64,000 nucleotides of DNA from Negaprion brevirostris. Taxonomy: Eukaryota. Below are positions 13,245 to 26,405 of this stretch, piece by piece (position 1 is the stretch's first letter; every line of letters begins with the position of its first letter). Location: the NCBI GenBank assembly GCA_030324005.1, contig JARDVH010000130.1, positions 21,075,772 to 21,139,771 on the forward strand, given 5' to 3'. A program made the position numbers and the translations under genes. The notes below the pieces were generated by a model, which saw only the letters and a program-made list of their open reading frames with translations, was not told the origin of the DNA and did not search any database.

Positions 13245-13677
13245 TAAATTCATTCCAGGGAAGAGGAGGTATGTTAAGAAAAGGACGAGGCAATCATGGC
13301 TGTCAAGGGAAGTCAGGGATAGCATAAATACAAAGGAAAGAGTATACTGTGAGGTGAGGAATACTGAGAAGCCAGAGGATTGGCAAGCCTTTAAAAGCAA
13401 GCAGAGGACCATTAAAAAAAACAGTAAGGGAGGAGAAGATGAAATATGAGGGTAAGTTAGCTAGTAATAATAAAAGAAATGGTGAATCTGTGGAACTCAT
13501 TGCCACAGAGGGCTGTGGGGGCCAGGCCATTGAGTGTCTTTAAGACAGAGATAGATAGGTTCTTGATCAATAAGGGAATCAGGGGTTANNNNNNNNNNCG
13601 ATTGAATGGCTGAGCAGACTTGATGGGCTGAATGACCTAATTCAGCTCCAACATCTTATGGTCTTATGGTCTTATAA
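13245..13677 (+). mobile_element. CR1 LINE, internally deleted ORF2 fragment plus 3' tail
   Basis: ORF2-like PWLSREVRDSI...KYEGKLASN segment joined to the 3'UTR GATGGGCTGAATGACCTAATTC and (CTTATGGT)n tail. Confidence 0.8.
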
Positions 13678-14117
13678 GCTTCTAGTGACATGCCCATGAC
13701 TTGTTCCAAGAAAAACAATCCCCATGGGAACAGATGAAAGTCTGCCTTGTGCATCACTAGATGTGGGAACTGAAACAACAACAATCTGCCTTTGGGAATG
13801 ATAATCTTTTTATGGCATAAAAACTTATACAGATTGCAAAAATTAAAAGAAACACATGATAAATGCAGAATAATGACAGCAAACATGAAAAAAACTGTTT
13901 CAAAAAGAGAGACTAAGTGCTGAAGTATCAATTCATTTTGAAAATCTTCATTTTTCATGTCTCCTTCCTCAGGTGTGGCACCTTGTCAGGAGTGGATTAA
14001 TTTAAACAATAACAATTTTGGAACACCAAGGTTTGGGTGGCCAGGTAATATGCATTTTATCATATTGGTAACAATGTGCCGTAAAAGTTGTCCCTCCCAG
14101 TACTGTTATAAGACGCA

Positions 14118-14720
14118 ATTGCTGGATTTGCCATGTGACAGAGTGCCACAGATTGCACCCATGTGGCCTTAAAGGTTCCAGCAGGTGAGCTGGGTGCCTT
14201 CAACAGAAAGGGGTTCCTCTCCTTTATCCGTGAAAACTCAGACATTGTAGGCCTATACCAGGTACCCTGGCAGCTACTATGATGCAAATATGTTGCAGCA
14301 CTCCCTAGGTTATTCATTACTTCAGCTTGGTTGGATGGTTGTCTCTTGGGTGATGAAAGAAACCCCTGAAAAGGGGGCTCATGATGCCATACTAAGGATA
14401 GAAGCTGAGGGGGAGGTTAAGTGGAAATCATACGTCTACAAGGGTCACTGAGGGGTCCATTGGCATGCCCAAGACGAGGTTTCATTGCCTGGACCAACCA
14501 GGGAGAACACTTCAATGTCCTCCAGCGCATGTCATAACTGTCATTATGTGCTGCACTTTGCCCTGGTTCTGTCAAGGGGGACCCATTGGAGGATGGAGAC
14601 AGAGATACTGCTCCACAGGCTGCAAAGTTTGATTCAAGTGCTGGCTCTGAGGAGGAGCCGGGGGAGTCCAAGAGTGAGGATGCCAAAGTGAGGAACCTTA
14701 CGGGAGGCAGAGAGATTAGG
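14118..14720 (+). pseudogene. Decayed PIF/Harbinger DDE transposase (HARBI1-like)
   Basis: Motifs across frameshifts, in order: DCTHVALKVP (14151), NRKGF (14202), RYPGSYYDA (14260), LLGD...PLKRGLMMP (14343), IGMPKTRFHCLDQPGRTLQCPP (~14459). Confidence 0.82.
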
Positions 14721-15179
14721 GAAGTTTTAATTCTCCATTCCTTCAACTAGGCATCTAAAACTTGGCTTGATTTGAGAGGGCAGGTGTGTCGTGCCAACTT
14801 TCTGACCATTCCTGATTAGGTCATCCTGTCATCCTTATCTCAAGTTATGACTTCTAAAATAAAGTTTGCAGCCCTTCCCTTGTGTGACATGCCCATCAGC
14901 TCTGAAGAACATGAGCCACATTGAGGCCATTTACTTATGATGAGATATTTATATGGTGGTCCTGGAAACACAAATTATGCAGAACAACCATCTCAGTGAA
15001 ATTTATCTTGCCCATGGCAACCTCTCCAGTGATCAAAGTTTCTTAAACTTTTCTGAGTTCTGCATCTTGTTGGTTATCTCATTCAAAATGCCATTACCCA
15101 CATCTCTTATACCCTCTCCCAGTCCCTTCTCTGGCCTCTGGACTCTTACCTTCCTCTGAGACCCCTGCTGTCAGCAACT

Positions 15180-15790
15180 GGTGGCCTTGCCCCATTTTCA
15201 AATTCCAAGTCAAGAGTTCCATCTCAAACTTGCAGTAGATCAGGAGATTGGGCACTCTATCACCTCTATGTGAACACTTCTGCGGATTATGCCTTCTCTT
15301 TTCCAGGGACAAAAATGCTTTAATTGCCTGCCACACCATATCAGCCTCTCCAGCCCCAATCCCCTCCCTCCATCCCCTTCCCCCTCCACCTGGGAGACCT
15401 AAGTTGAGGTGTCCATTATATTGGCACACTTTGACCTTGTACACTCCCAAGCCAAGCCAAGTGGGCACTTCTCCCAGCATTGGGCGGCACAGGATGCTTA
15501 CCAGTTTACACTCTGCATCTCACACCTTTGAGGGCCATGAAGTCCGGCCACTCTCCATGACATCTATACACAGTTCCATGTCAACCCAGAACTCACCCTT
15601 GAGGAGCACAGGTCGTTGAAACTTTTCCAGAACTGGATAAATGCACGACATCATGCCCACTCACTTGGGTTGATTTTGTGAGATGGCCTTCTTGTGCGAT
15701 TAAGATCTCCCACTGGGCACACACTACCTTCAGCAGAGTGTGCAGACACTTGTCAGAGAAGCAGGGACAAGTGTATACACCAGCAATGCC
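15180..15790 (-). pseudogene. Decayed Harbinger Myb/SANT-like DNA-binding gene (two exon remnants)
   Basis: PCFSDKCLHTLLKVVCAQWEIL (cf. PRFS..L..LL..V..R.E.L); QFWKSFNDL (cf. QCRK.FNDL) followed by a GTGAGT donor at 15596; downstream EKRRHN...P...FE segment; convergent with the transposase as in Harbinger elements. Confidence 0.62.
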
Positions 15791-16710
15791 TTCCTGCCTG
15801 GAGTGGGCAGTGCTGCAGAAGCATGACCAATGCCAATCATTATTCCTTAAAGTCAATCTCGTACAGCTCCTTGAGACTCCTCAACAACTCTTGGCAGCCT
15901 TCAGAGAGCTCACAGTACAATTTCTAAACACTGCTCTGGACCCCAGTGGACCCAGTCTCTGCCACACTTCTGTCCCCACCAGCAACTCTGAAACACTGTC
16001 AGCCCATAAATCAGTTTCGGTTTGTGATTGTGTTTGGGAATGGAAGTTGTATCTGCTTCTAGCCTGCCAATCCCAGGGGCACCATTTGAAAAATTAAGGC
16101 CAATGTGTGTCATCACACCTGCACCATAAACGTAACCTTTCAATTCCTCCCACTTATAACCATTTTCAAGATGGCAGCCAATTGATCTTGAGGAAAAAAG
16201 AAAGATACTCATTAAATAATCTGTGCATTTTCCAAATTTCGTCGGGATTCGAGTGGGCCACCAGAGAAATGCACTGTAAAAGCAGCATTACAGGACATTC
16301 AGGTAAGATATGAAAATAACTGCATTTAGATGTGCTGATGAACATTTGGTAGCTTGCAATGCATTGCGCTGCATCAGGCCTTTCATGTTAGAATGTAGCT
16401 GGTGATAACATTAGGCCTGTTGAAATGAGACCAATGGCAAGCAGCTGTAACAGTCAGCTGACCCAGTAAACCATATAACTAACCAATGACAGAATGATGT
16501 TATGACCAGCTGATGCAGTATAAATTTAGAACATGTTGGGAATTATGGGCAACTTGGAATGGCCTGGGGAGGCCTTAAGTTTGGAGTGATTAAGCTTGTT
16601 TTTAAACCTTTTCTTTGATTTGGAAGTTGGAGTAAGTTTTGTTATGTTTTTATTGTCTACACTGGAAGAGTTCCTTCTGAAAAGCTTTTCAAGCATGGTA
16701 AAAAGAAACA

Positions 16711-16812
16711 CTTACATTTTTAATAATGCTACTTATGACCACTGGATGATGTTTTAAACCACATAACAGCCAATTGATTATTTTTGAAATATAGTCACTT
16801 ATAATGTAGGTA
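16711..16812 (-). mobile_element. L2-type/DeuSINE (SacSINE1-like) 3' tail remnant
   Basis: Reverse complement CCTACATTATAAGTGACTATATTTCAAAAATAATCAATTGGCTG...AAATGTAAG. Confidence 0.55.
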
Positions 16813-16990
16813 TTGGATACCACTTGGCAAGTCTCAGTGAAGTCTCTGTAGTCTTAAGGGGATTAAATGTTTATGTTTATTGACTGACTGACTGACTACA
16901 AGAACTGTGCACATACAAATAGTAAAGGGTTTAAGCTAGGAGCTGCCTCCATACTTGCTTTCACACACAGCTTTGTTCAAGTCTAGACTA

Positions 16991-17182
16991 GAGGCACAGT
17001 GGTTAGCACTGCTTCCTCATGGCACCAGGGGCCTAGGTTTGATTCTATCCATGGGTGACTGTATGTGTGGAGTTTGCATATTTTCCCTGTGCCCTCATGG
17101 ATTTTCTCCAGGTGCTCCTGTTTTTCCCCTACAACCTAAAGATGTGTGGGTTAGGTGGATTGGCCATGTTAAATTGCCCATT
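16991..17182 (+). mobile_element. HE1/V-SINE, 3' truncated
   Basis: Head and V-domain up to AAATTGCCC. Confidence 0.85.
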
Positions 17183-18149
17183 AAGAACACTGTGACCTCT
17201 ATCTTCTGACCAAATTATATCATTTCACATGTCTATATTGAATTCAATTGGCAATTACACATCTTTTCTGCAACTTAATCAATGATCAGAACTTGTACTC
17301 ACTGTTTTCCATAATGTTATTCCATTTATATGGATCTGAATTTTTTAAAATTAAAAGTAAAAACCATGTGAATGTGCCAGTATTAAAAAATCTATTTGCA
17401 TAGAAACTAAAATCTCCATCTACTATTACAATTCTCTATGCATGTTACAACTTCCTCACCTCTTCAGTGCTGTGCAGTACACATTACCACAAGATCAAAA
17501 TGAGACTGTAAAGCTCATACAAAGGAAAGTCCTGCCTTTTTTGTCATTAAAAGTGACCTGGCAATATTCTTCTAGCTAGTTANNNNNNNNNNNNNNNNNN
17601 NNNNNNNNNNNNNNNNNNNNNNNNNNNNNNNNNNNNNNNNNNNNNNNNNNNNNNNNNNNNNNNNNNNNNNNNNNNNNNNNNNATCCGTTTCTGTTTTCCA
17701 AATTCCTTATTCCCAAACCATTTGATTATCACTAAGAAACTCAAAAATCTGGCATGAAAGGAGGAGAAAAACTTTCATTTGAAGATAATAACATGAGAAA
17801 ATATAAGACCAGATAGTATAATTTTCACATAGGATCTGTGACCCTCAACGTCCATAAACAATTTGCCTTATAATTGATACTTCCCCAGGTTGGGGATAGA
17901 TGAACTCCCAAGGTGATGAAAGTAGCATTTTCTGTTTTGTCAAATGACAGGTTAATAGCTCATCTTTCATTGTAATTTGTATCCCAGGAATGAAGTTGTG
18001 GGACATATGGTTTTGGAACATCAATTTGTGGGAATCCAATTTCAATCATGCACTGCTTCTCAAGCAACTAACCAAACACTTAACTCACAATATTGAACTG
18101 TGAATTCATGAAGGTATGGAATGAGCTGTTTCCACCCACAACTGGCTCA

Positions 18150-18292
18150 TTAATTGAAAAAAAAGGGATATGGGGAACAGTTGAGGAGATGGATTTGAGA
18201 TCAGGGAAAGATCAGCCATGATCTGAGTGAATGACGGAGCAGGCTCAGAGGGCTAACATTGCTTATTTCTGCTCCTTATTCCTATGTTCCTA
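18150..18292 (+). mobile_element. CR1 3' tail
   Basis: GATCAGCCATGATCTGAGTGAATGACGGAGCAGGCTCAGAGGGC...TTCCTATGTTCCTA. Confidence 0.75.
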
Positions 18293-19682
18293 GCAGGATT
18301 TTCTCCAAATCTGGTAAAATGCTTTGACAGGATTCCAATCTTTGCTACGGATAAAATTCTAATATGCTGTTCCTTAGTTAAACCTGGGAAATTGAATCCG
18401 TGAATTTGCGCATTCTTTCTTGTGATATGTTCCTATCTTGCCTTCTTCCTTCCTAAGTGGATATATTGTTCAACTCTCCGAAGGTAACACAGTGTTTCTT
18501 GTGAAATAAGTCAGAGCCGCTTGCCTATGTTCAGCATATTGCTTTTGCAGTGATATTATTTTCCTCTGATGGCACAAAGAATTAACCAGTGGTTTCCACC
18601 CACCATCTATAAGCATTTGTCATCAGGCTAAACCAGCATTGCTAAACCAGAAAACTAATGTTGAAGTGCGAACTGTGCTTCTTGCGACATCAGTATTTGA
18701 TCATCCATTTTTCTGGGCTGGACTTTGATCCCCAAGGGGGTTGGGAAAATTCCCAGCTTGACTCTCCCACCTGAGGGAAAAAGTAGCTGCAGGAATGGGA
18801 TTTTACTTGTGCTGGGGGTAGGGGTGGCAATAGAAAGGAGGACAGGAGTGTGCTGCAAACAACACAAACTACCTTCAGTAGTAATCACAGGGGCTATTGG
18901 GTGCAGACATGGGTTCACCTGTTGCGGGAGACCATCCCATTTATAGTGAAAAGAGAGAAGTCCTCCATACTTCAATCCTCACACTGCTTCATCCCCACAC
19001 ACTCCCCTATTGCTCATCATACCACTAATTCCAACGTCAGGTACTTTTGTGCCCGATCACGCACAATACAATATATAGAAGCAATAAATGCTACGGTAAC
19101 AATAGGATGTGGAAAATAAGGTAGTTAAAAACATTCATTGATAACTTTTCAGTTTCTTAAAAGAAAGTTCTTTTGATTACAGCCCAATAAAAGTGTTGAT
19201 CATTTGGACCCAATAGCAGAAACTGAAAGCAATTGAAACCTCTATCTTGTGTAAAAAAAAAACATAAAGTTGGCAGCATAGATCAGGAAACGAGAACTGT
19301 CAATCAAGTGGTGTTTTCCTTGGGTTATCAATGTTTCAGTACTCTAACGGATGTCTGAGCTCTCAGCCAAAAATGCTTAATGAGGCTTTATTCTTAGAAA
19401 ACTCACCCAAGACTGAAAATGGGTATTGGCAAAATTAAGTCAATGAATTTTTAACTCTTTGAAGTGATGGCGTATGAATACATGTGATGAGATCATAACA
19501 GTTATGCTAAGATCATACCTACCACTGTCAGAGGTCATCTGACTTGGTCTGTAGATATTCATGTCATTAATCATACATCTAAAGTGTTTGTCTGCATCAA
19601 ACTGCCAAAAGCTCTAGAAGCTGCCCGTGTCAGTGTGTGTGTGTCTAGGTTCTTCCCACAAATACACAGAGCAGTGGTGTTA

Positions 19683-19835
19683 TTTTTAAGGCAAGATAGA
19701 TAAATTTTTGAACAGTAAAGGAATTAAGTGTTATGGTGAGCGGGCAGGTAAGCGGAGCTAAGTTCACTGAAAGATCAGCCAGGCTCGAGGGGCCAGATGG
19801 CCTACTCCTGCTCCTTGTTCTTAGGTTCTTATGTT
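19683..19835 (+). mobile_element. CR1 3' tail
   Basis: GGCTCGAGGGGCCAGATGGCCTACTCCTGCTCCTTGTTCTTAGGTTCTTATG. Confidence 0.8.
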
Positions 19836-20546
19836 ATTTGGTGTTTGAACACATTGTACAGAGGTAGTCAATGAGTTATGGAAAGCAGATAAGACAATCC
19901 TTTTCCTCAAACAGCATTGAGAGAGAGAGAATTTAAAATCTTCAACTCTTGTTTCCACACTGACATGATTATGTGCATTAGATCGGTTGATATAATTCTT
20001 TGTGACATATTTTCTTTACCCTTCTGGTCGATGCTTTGTTCCACTCTGTGTTTGATTACATTCTCATATGCATTGTCCTCAAAAAAGTGATTATTTGCTG
20101 TCACGTTGAGAATTAAAATTCTGTCCGATACCTCCAGGACAAGCATTTCTAAAAAAAAAATGTTTGCTTATGATTCAGCAAACCTACAAATTGGATGAAT
20201 AAACATGTAAGATGTCTTTGAACAATTGGAGGAATGAAAGAATTTCACCCCAAGGAACAGAACAACAGTAGGATACCACTCAAATAATAAGTAAAGTAAA
20301 AATAATAGATATATCCATTGTACTGTATCACCAACTTCTTTGTAAAAATAGATACTTGTGTCACAGTGGGGTTTTGTGGAATTTTAAAAACATGGGAAGG
20401 GAGATTCAGAAACAAATAGATTGACAATCCATGCTGTGCACCTCTGAATCTCTGATACATTCTGCTGGAATTGTGGCGGGAGTCTAGAGAATGGTTGAAC
20501 AAAGCCATCCTTCATTTTCCAGTACCGAAAGAGAAANNNNNNNNNN

Positions 20547-20730
20547 TGGCGGTATCTGTAAGGAGAGAAAAGAGCTGATGTTTCAAGTCCAGGTGACACT
20601 TTGCTTTGACAAAGGGTCATCCGCACTTGAAACATCAGCTCTTTTCTCTCCTTACAGATCCTGCCAGACCGGCTGAGATTTCCCAGCATTTCCTCTTTTG
20701 GTTTCAGATTCCAGCATCCATAGTAATTTG
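20547..20730. mobile_element. Palindromic Penelope-derived element
   Basis: ~57-bp near-perfect inverted arms (20547-20603 and 20610-20666) around a degenerate hammerhead-like core; HE1 inserted at its right end. Confidence 0.7.
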
Positions 20731-21048
20731 AATCATAGAATCCCTACAGTGCAGAAGAAGGTCATTTGCATCATCAAGTCTGCACCAACCACAATCCCAC
20801 CCAAGCCCTATCCACATAACCCCAGGTATTTTCCCTAGCTAGTTCCCTGACAGTAAGGTTCAAGTTAGTATGGCCAATCCACCTAACCTGCCCATCTTTG
20901 GACTGTCGAGGAAACCAGAGCACCTGGTGGAAACCCACACAGACATAGGGAGAACATGCAAACTCCACACAGACATTGACCCAAGCTAGGAATCGAATCT
21001 ATGTCCCCGGCATTGTGTCACAGTAGTGCTAACCACTGTGCCATCCTG
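20731..21048 (-). mobile_element. HE1/V-SINE with CR1-type tail
   Basis: Full head, V-domain and tail. Confidence 0.9.
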
Positions 21049-22773
21049 CTTTTGTTTTTACCTCACTTTCTAGTGTCACTATTTCATTGAAAGTATTGAA
21101 TCTCTTATTTTCATTGCTTTATTCACCATTTTAATAGAACAATGCTGACTAAAATTAATGAGTTAATGCTTCTATCAACCTGGCAGACAAATACATCTTT
21201 CCAAATGTGTGTTTATCCACCAATTTTGCATTATAAAACTAATAAATGCATCTATGGCCTAGCTTTCTTTTATTTTCTTTGTTGCACTTCTAATGTTAAA
21301 ACCAATTCTTTTAAATAAGTAATACCCTCAATCAGCAAGCTACATACTTACTAAGCTGGTATATTTGTCCTGAATGTCAAACTAGCTGTAAAAATATTGC
21401 AGTGGGACGAATAACTGAGTTCTCGTCCCAGTGGCAGATTAACCCGAACATGTCACAAAACACACAGGATTCCTAGACTGGACTTCATTAGCATGTGGAG
21501 TGAGGTGGAAATAGAAAATCACTTCTGTGAGAGAGGGAGATTCAATAGTGCTGCTCCAATTAGAACAGTGGAGCTAGTTAAAAGCATTGTAGAATTGTGT
21601 AACACTGTAAGGAAGGAGTAGTGTTGGGGTGAGCAGTGGGATTAGCAAAGGGAAGTACCTTAAGATATACTGACATCTCCTCTAGCAGAAAGAAGCACAT
21701 AAAAGAATGTGTCTCAGAGTCTGGCAACAGGAAGTCTTGCACAATGGTGGGCTGGGGGTTCAGATCTTATGGAATCTGAGGCAGTGAGTGAAACCTCCAC
21801 CACTGCATGAACAGCCATGTAGGTCAGGAAAATGTTTAATGATCTCACCAGACTGGCCAAGGTAAGAGAAGTCATTATTCTTCACGTTCATCATGAGGAA
21901 GGAAAGAAATACAATATATTTGATTTCATTTCCTGAGATGATCACAAAACAAATCTATTGATCGTGAATACCAGGAAACAATAATGCGCATGTTCAACAC
22001 TGAGATTTATTGCAAAGCAAAAGGAAGGACCGAATCAATGTCAAAAATATGGCAATGGAAAATGGAGGGTGGGGGAAGATTAGCTGTTCATTGGAAGAGA
22101 AAGTGAAAAGAGGAAGCAGATTGTGAAGTGCCAGATCAGCTTGCTAAAGACGATGTGAGAAGGAATACGACTAAACATTTTGTGGATTTCCAAAGTCTAG
22201 AAGTGCACTGTATCCCTGCAGTCAATCCGTAATAATCTTACTGAAGAAAGGCTTCCGTCACCATCACCCTTTATTTACGGTGTGTTCAAAGTGCCACTCA
22301 ATGTCTAAAGGGTATTGGTCAGTCACAGAGTGTTTTGACTGCCAACCTGAGTAGACCCAGCTAGTTTTAAATCTCCCATTGCTCCTTCCCTACTGGGAGA
22401 GCATCCACTCTTTCAGAATATGAGACCTCATATTCTGCGAGGCCCAAGGGGAGATCTACGATGAATCCCCATGACAACCATTACTTTTCCAATAAATCCT
22501 TTAAATCTTTACACAATTGTACAATCTTCTTTGTTTTTGAAATCCTCAATGAATTGGATGAAGAAGCCAGCCACTCAGGTGAACAGCTGAGCATATTGAG
22601 ATACACACCTCTTGTCCAATTCTTACTCACTCCATCAGAGCATATTGCCTGCTTAGCATCAACTCAGATAAATCTACTTGGGAGGGTTAATGAGTCAGAA
22701 TCTTTTGCGCTGGCAGAAGCTTAGAATGAAGAAAATGAAGCTCTAAAGAAGAGTCGTATTGGATTTGATATGA

Positions 22774-22983
22774 TGGGCAAGATTCTCTGGTCTTCCAGCC
22801 ACATGTTCCCTGCCGGTGGGAAGTGGCACATTGTCTGCTAGTGACGGGATTCTCCGCCCCCGCTGCTGTCAATAGGAATTTCCATTGATGTCACCCCACG
22901 CCAGTGGGAAACTGGTGGGCAGGGGTGCACTGTCAGCGGAAGCCGGGAATCTCGCCACCGTGAATGGCTAGAGAATTCCGGCC
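22774..22983. mobile_element. Harbinger-type MITE (~210 bp) inserted into a palindromic Penelope-derived element
   Basis: TIR-like GGGCAAGATTCTCT ... AGAGAATTCCGGCC; host resumes as TAACTGTTTCTCTC...ATTTTGCTT (22985-23090). Confidence 0.7.
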
Positions 22984-23659
22984 ATTAACTGTTTCTCTCT
23001 TTGTAGATACTGTCAAGTTTAGACCTGCTGAGTATCTCCTGCACCTTCTGTTTTAATTTCTGATTTCCAACATTTGCCGTATTTTGCTTATATTTTAGCC
23101 AGAGTGAAAACCTGAGCACAGAACAGGGCTCCATTTCTCCATTAAGGGTGAGATAATAAATCACATTTGCTGAGGAATCTGCCTCAGATATCAGAGGCTC
23201 AGTCTTCAATTGGAGGAATAATTGAGGAGCACTTAAATCAAGTGTGGCAATCGGAATGGTTTTTAAACATATCTTTGGGAAGATGGAAAAGGGGGAAGAA
23301 TCCACAGCAGATATCTGTACCATATTTCAAAAGGTTTCCAATGATATGTTGGAGTGAACACTGATGAGAGTGAGGACTGGGTAATGGATGAGTGGGAGAA
23401 AGCCATCTTTGACTGGGGAATCAACAGATATTTCTGTGCACGAATGTAGAAGTGGGGCTACTTCTTTAATGGTCTCCTCAATCCCACCACCTGAAAGAAT
23501 TTCAGGCCTGGTTCAGTTAACCTTAACAATATGAGAATCAGATCATAGGATTATAGAACTCTGCATCCTCAGAGACTCCAGAAGATTCTTCCCAAGGCAT
23601 GGAGCTCTCAATCTTGTATCTCTTAAGAAGCACTTAGCAACTCCTAATTTACTGCTTCT

Positions 23660-23863
23660 ATGCTCTGGCGAGTGAGAATTTAATATGGCCAATGCACCTA
23701 ACCAGCATGGCTTTGGATAGCAGCAGGAGCACCTGGAGAAAACCCACACAGACATAGGGAGAACTTGCAAACTCCAGGCAGAGAGTGATCCAAGCCGAGA
23801 ATTGAAGCTGGGCCCCTGGTGCTGTGAGGTAGCAGCGCTAACCACTGTGGTACCATGCTGCCC
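23660..23863 (-). mobile_element. V-SINE type-B, tail truncated
   Basis: Head and V-domain on the minus strand. Confidence 0.85.
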
Positions 23864-23865
23864 TA

Positions 23866-24250
23866 ATTGGCCATTCAGCCCTTCAATCCTGCTCCATCAC
23901 TTGTTTTGATCCTGGCTGATCATCAAATTCAATATCCTGATCCTCCTTTTCCCCCATATCCCTTAATCCCTTTAGCCCCAAGAACTATATCCAATTTCTT
24001 CTTGCAATCAGACAATATTTTGGCCTCAACAACATTCTGCAGTAGTAAATTCACACATTCACCACCCTCTAGGTGAAGAAATTTCTCCTTGTGTCAGTTC
24101 TAAAAGGTTTACCCCTTAGTTGACCCCTAGTTCTAGATTCGCTCACTATTGGGAACATTCTTGCTGAATTTAACCTGTCTAATCCTGTTAGAATTTTATA
24201 CATTTCTATGAGATCCCTCTTCATTTAAACTCCAGTGAAATAATCCAAAT
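23866..24250 (-). mobile_element. CR1 LINE 3' end (ORF2 C-terminus plus UTR)
   Basis: Reverse complement has RGDL.E.YKILTGLDR- and RNFFT.RVV-like C-terminal motifs and the GAATGGCC tail. Confidence 0.85.
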
Positions 24251-25206
24251 CACTCCTGTTTTTTCACTGTTATGACACTTAATTGTTGATTGGGAGAATT
24301 CTGCCCAATATTTTCCTCCTCCACTATTGGCATTCTGTGGCTATTGGATACTCTATGCGTACAATACACTTCTGAAATGTACCAAGCTTACTTCACCTCC
24401 ACCTTTTAAACCTGTGGCCTCTATCTCAAAGAAACAAGAGAACAATTGTGTTACGAGGACAGAATTATATCCAAGTGTCTCTCCCAATTAGAAATCCAGA
24501 CTCATAGACATATCCTTTGCCCCTTCATTGCCTTCAGGTTAAAACTTTGAATTCACTCCCCAACATTATTGTGAAGCACCATCACCATAAGATCTACAAC
24601 AGTTCTACACAAACTCCATTTAGCCTGTTCTGGACAAATATCAATGCAGCCTTGTCACCATCACCTGTACCCCACGTAGAGATTAATAAAATATGAAGGC
24701 TTTGTAAAGTAAAACTAATCACTGATTTTTCTCACCTAAGTTGAGTGTTTTCAAAAGAGTGAACAAAACACTGTGGATTAGAATTTCTGCAGGAGTTTTT
24801 CTGGCGTTCCACGTTAACTTTGGCTTTTGATTTGATTTATTATTGTCACGTGTATTAGCATGCAGTGAAAAGTATTGGCAAATGATGTAATGGAGCTTTA
24901 TTTATTTTAACTATCCAATGAGTCGGAAAACTTGAATTGTCATTTCCAAGAGTTTCTCATCAATCCGAGGCAGTGTTATTGTTACTTCCCTAGATTCATA
25001 GGAAGAATTGGATTACTCATAAGAATGGCTCTTGATACTGAGCAGGAGAGAAATATTTGGTAGAAGCTTGTAAACTGTAGCAATTGATAAGATGGCCTCA
25101 AGTTTCAACTGAAGATTTAAAACTTTGTACTGATAAGTATCAGCAATGCTATTTCTAAGTGTGGTTCAGGGTGCCAAGATATTTTGTGTGCATATTGAGA
25201 TAAATT

Positions 25207-25536
25207 GTGGAATCCAAACAATTCCTACGGTGCAAAAATAGGCCATTCGGCCAATCAAGCCTACACCGATCACAATCCCACTTAGGCCCTATTCCCATAA
25301 CCCCACATATTTACTCCACTAATCCCCTGACACTAGGGTCAATTTGCTTGGCCAATCAACCTAATCTGCACATCTTTCAGACTGTGGGGGGAAACCAGAG
25401 CACCTGAAGGAAACCCATGCAGACACAGGGGAGAATGTACAAACTCTTCAAAGGCAGTGACCCGGAGCCAGAATAGAACCAGGGACCCTGGCACTGTGAG
25501 GCAGCAGGGCTGACTACTGTGCCACCATGCTGCCCC
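25207..25536 (-). mobile_element. HE1/V-SINE
   Basis: Head, V-domain and CR1-type tail. Confidence 0.88.
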
Positions 25537-26405
25537 AAAATGTACAATAGTCAAGTTAGAAGATGTTTTAATTTTTTAAATTATTTCATATTTCAATTCT
25601 TTTCAAGTTATGATTGTGTTAATATAATCCTAAGAAAATGAAAATCTATTTATTAAATAGCAATAATGTGTTCAGATTTTACTTGGGATTGATCTGCAAT
25701 CATTTCTCATAAGCCTCTATTTCTTTCCCCTCTAGTAAATACAGAATCCTTTTAAACAGTTATGATGGATGCGAATCAGAGCTCTGATATATGAATAGCA
25801 TATTTTTCCTTCTAATAAAATTGTAGTAATTGTTTTCATATACAAATACGAAAACTAAATAAGTTTCATAAAATAAGTATATTAACAAGTAAAGTTACAG
25901 TTCAATGGTTACTACCATAATTGTACCTTGTGCTAGAAAATTCATTACAAGTTTATGTCACATTGCGCCAGTTGTCTTTATTTAATTCATAAATCATCGA
26001 CTTGATCTCTAAATTTTAATTTAGTTTGGTTAGGTACTTGTGACATCCACATCTGATACTCTAGACACATCTGTCTGGATTTGTCTGTTACAGTACATGG
26101 AGCTCGTGGGAGCACCTTGCAGCATGTATCATACACATTGCATTTGCAACATTCAAAAGTTGCCTTTGTTTAAAAATTCCCTGTGATTTCTAAGGGTAGC
26201 ATGCACATCTGAGATATTTTAGAAATGAAATCCTGCTTCAGTGAAGTGTGTAATTTGCCAATGTTATGTTCCTCTGGAATGCCAGATGTAAGTGCATTTT
26301 TCATACCCCTATGTGTGCTATATTTTTAAGATTACAACAGTTTGCAATTTAAAAAAAACTATCTTTCAACTTGTGTAATATCTCATTGAAGACGGAATCT
26401 ATACA

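Larger units (their letters stand above)
14118..16101. mobile_element. Fossil autonomous-type PIF/Harbinger DNA transposon (left end lost)
   Basis: Convergent transposase and Myb genes; TIR-like GAAAAATTAAGGCC at 16088-16101 resembles the MITE ends in the window. Confidence 0.7.
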
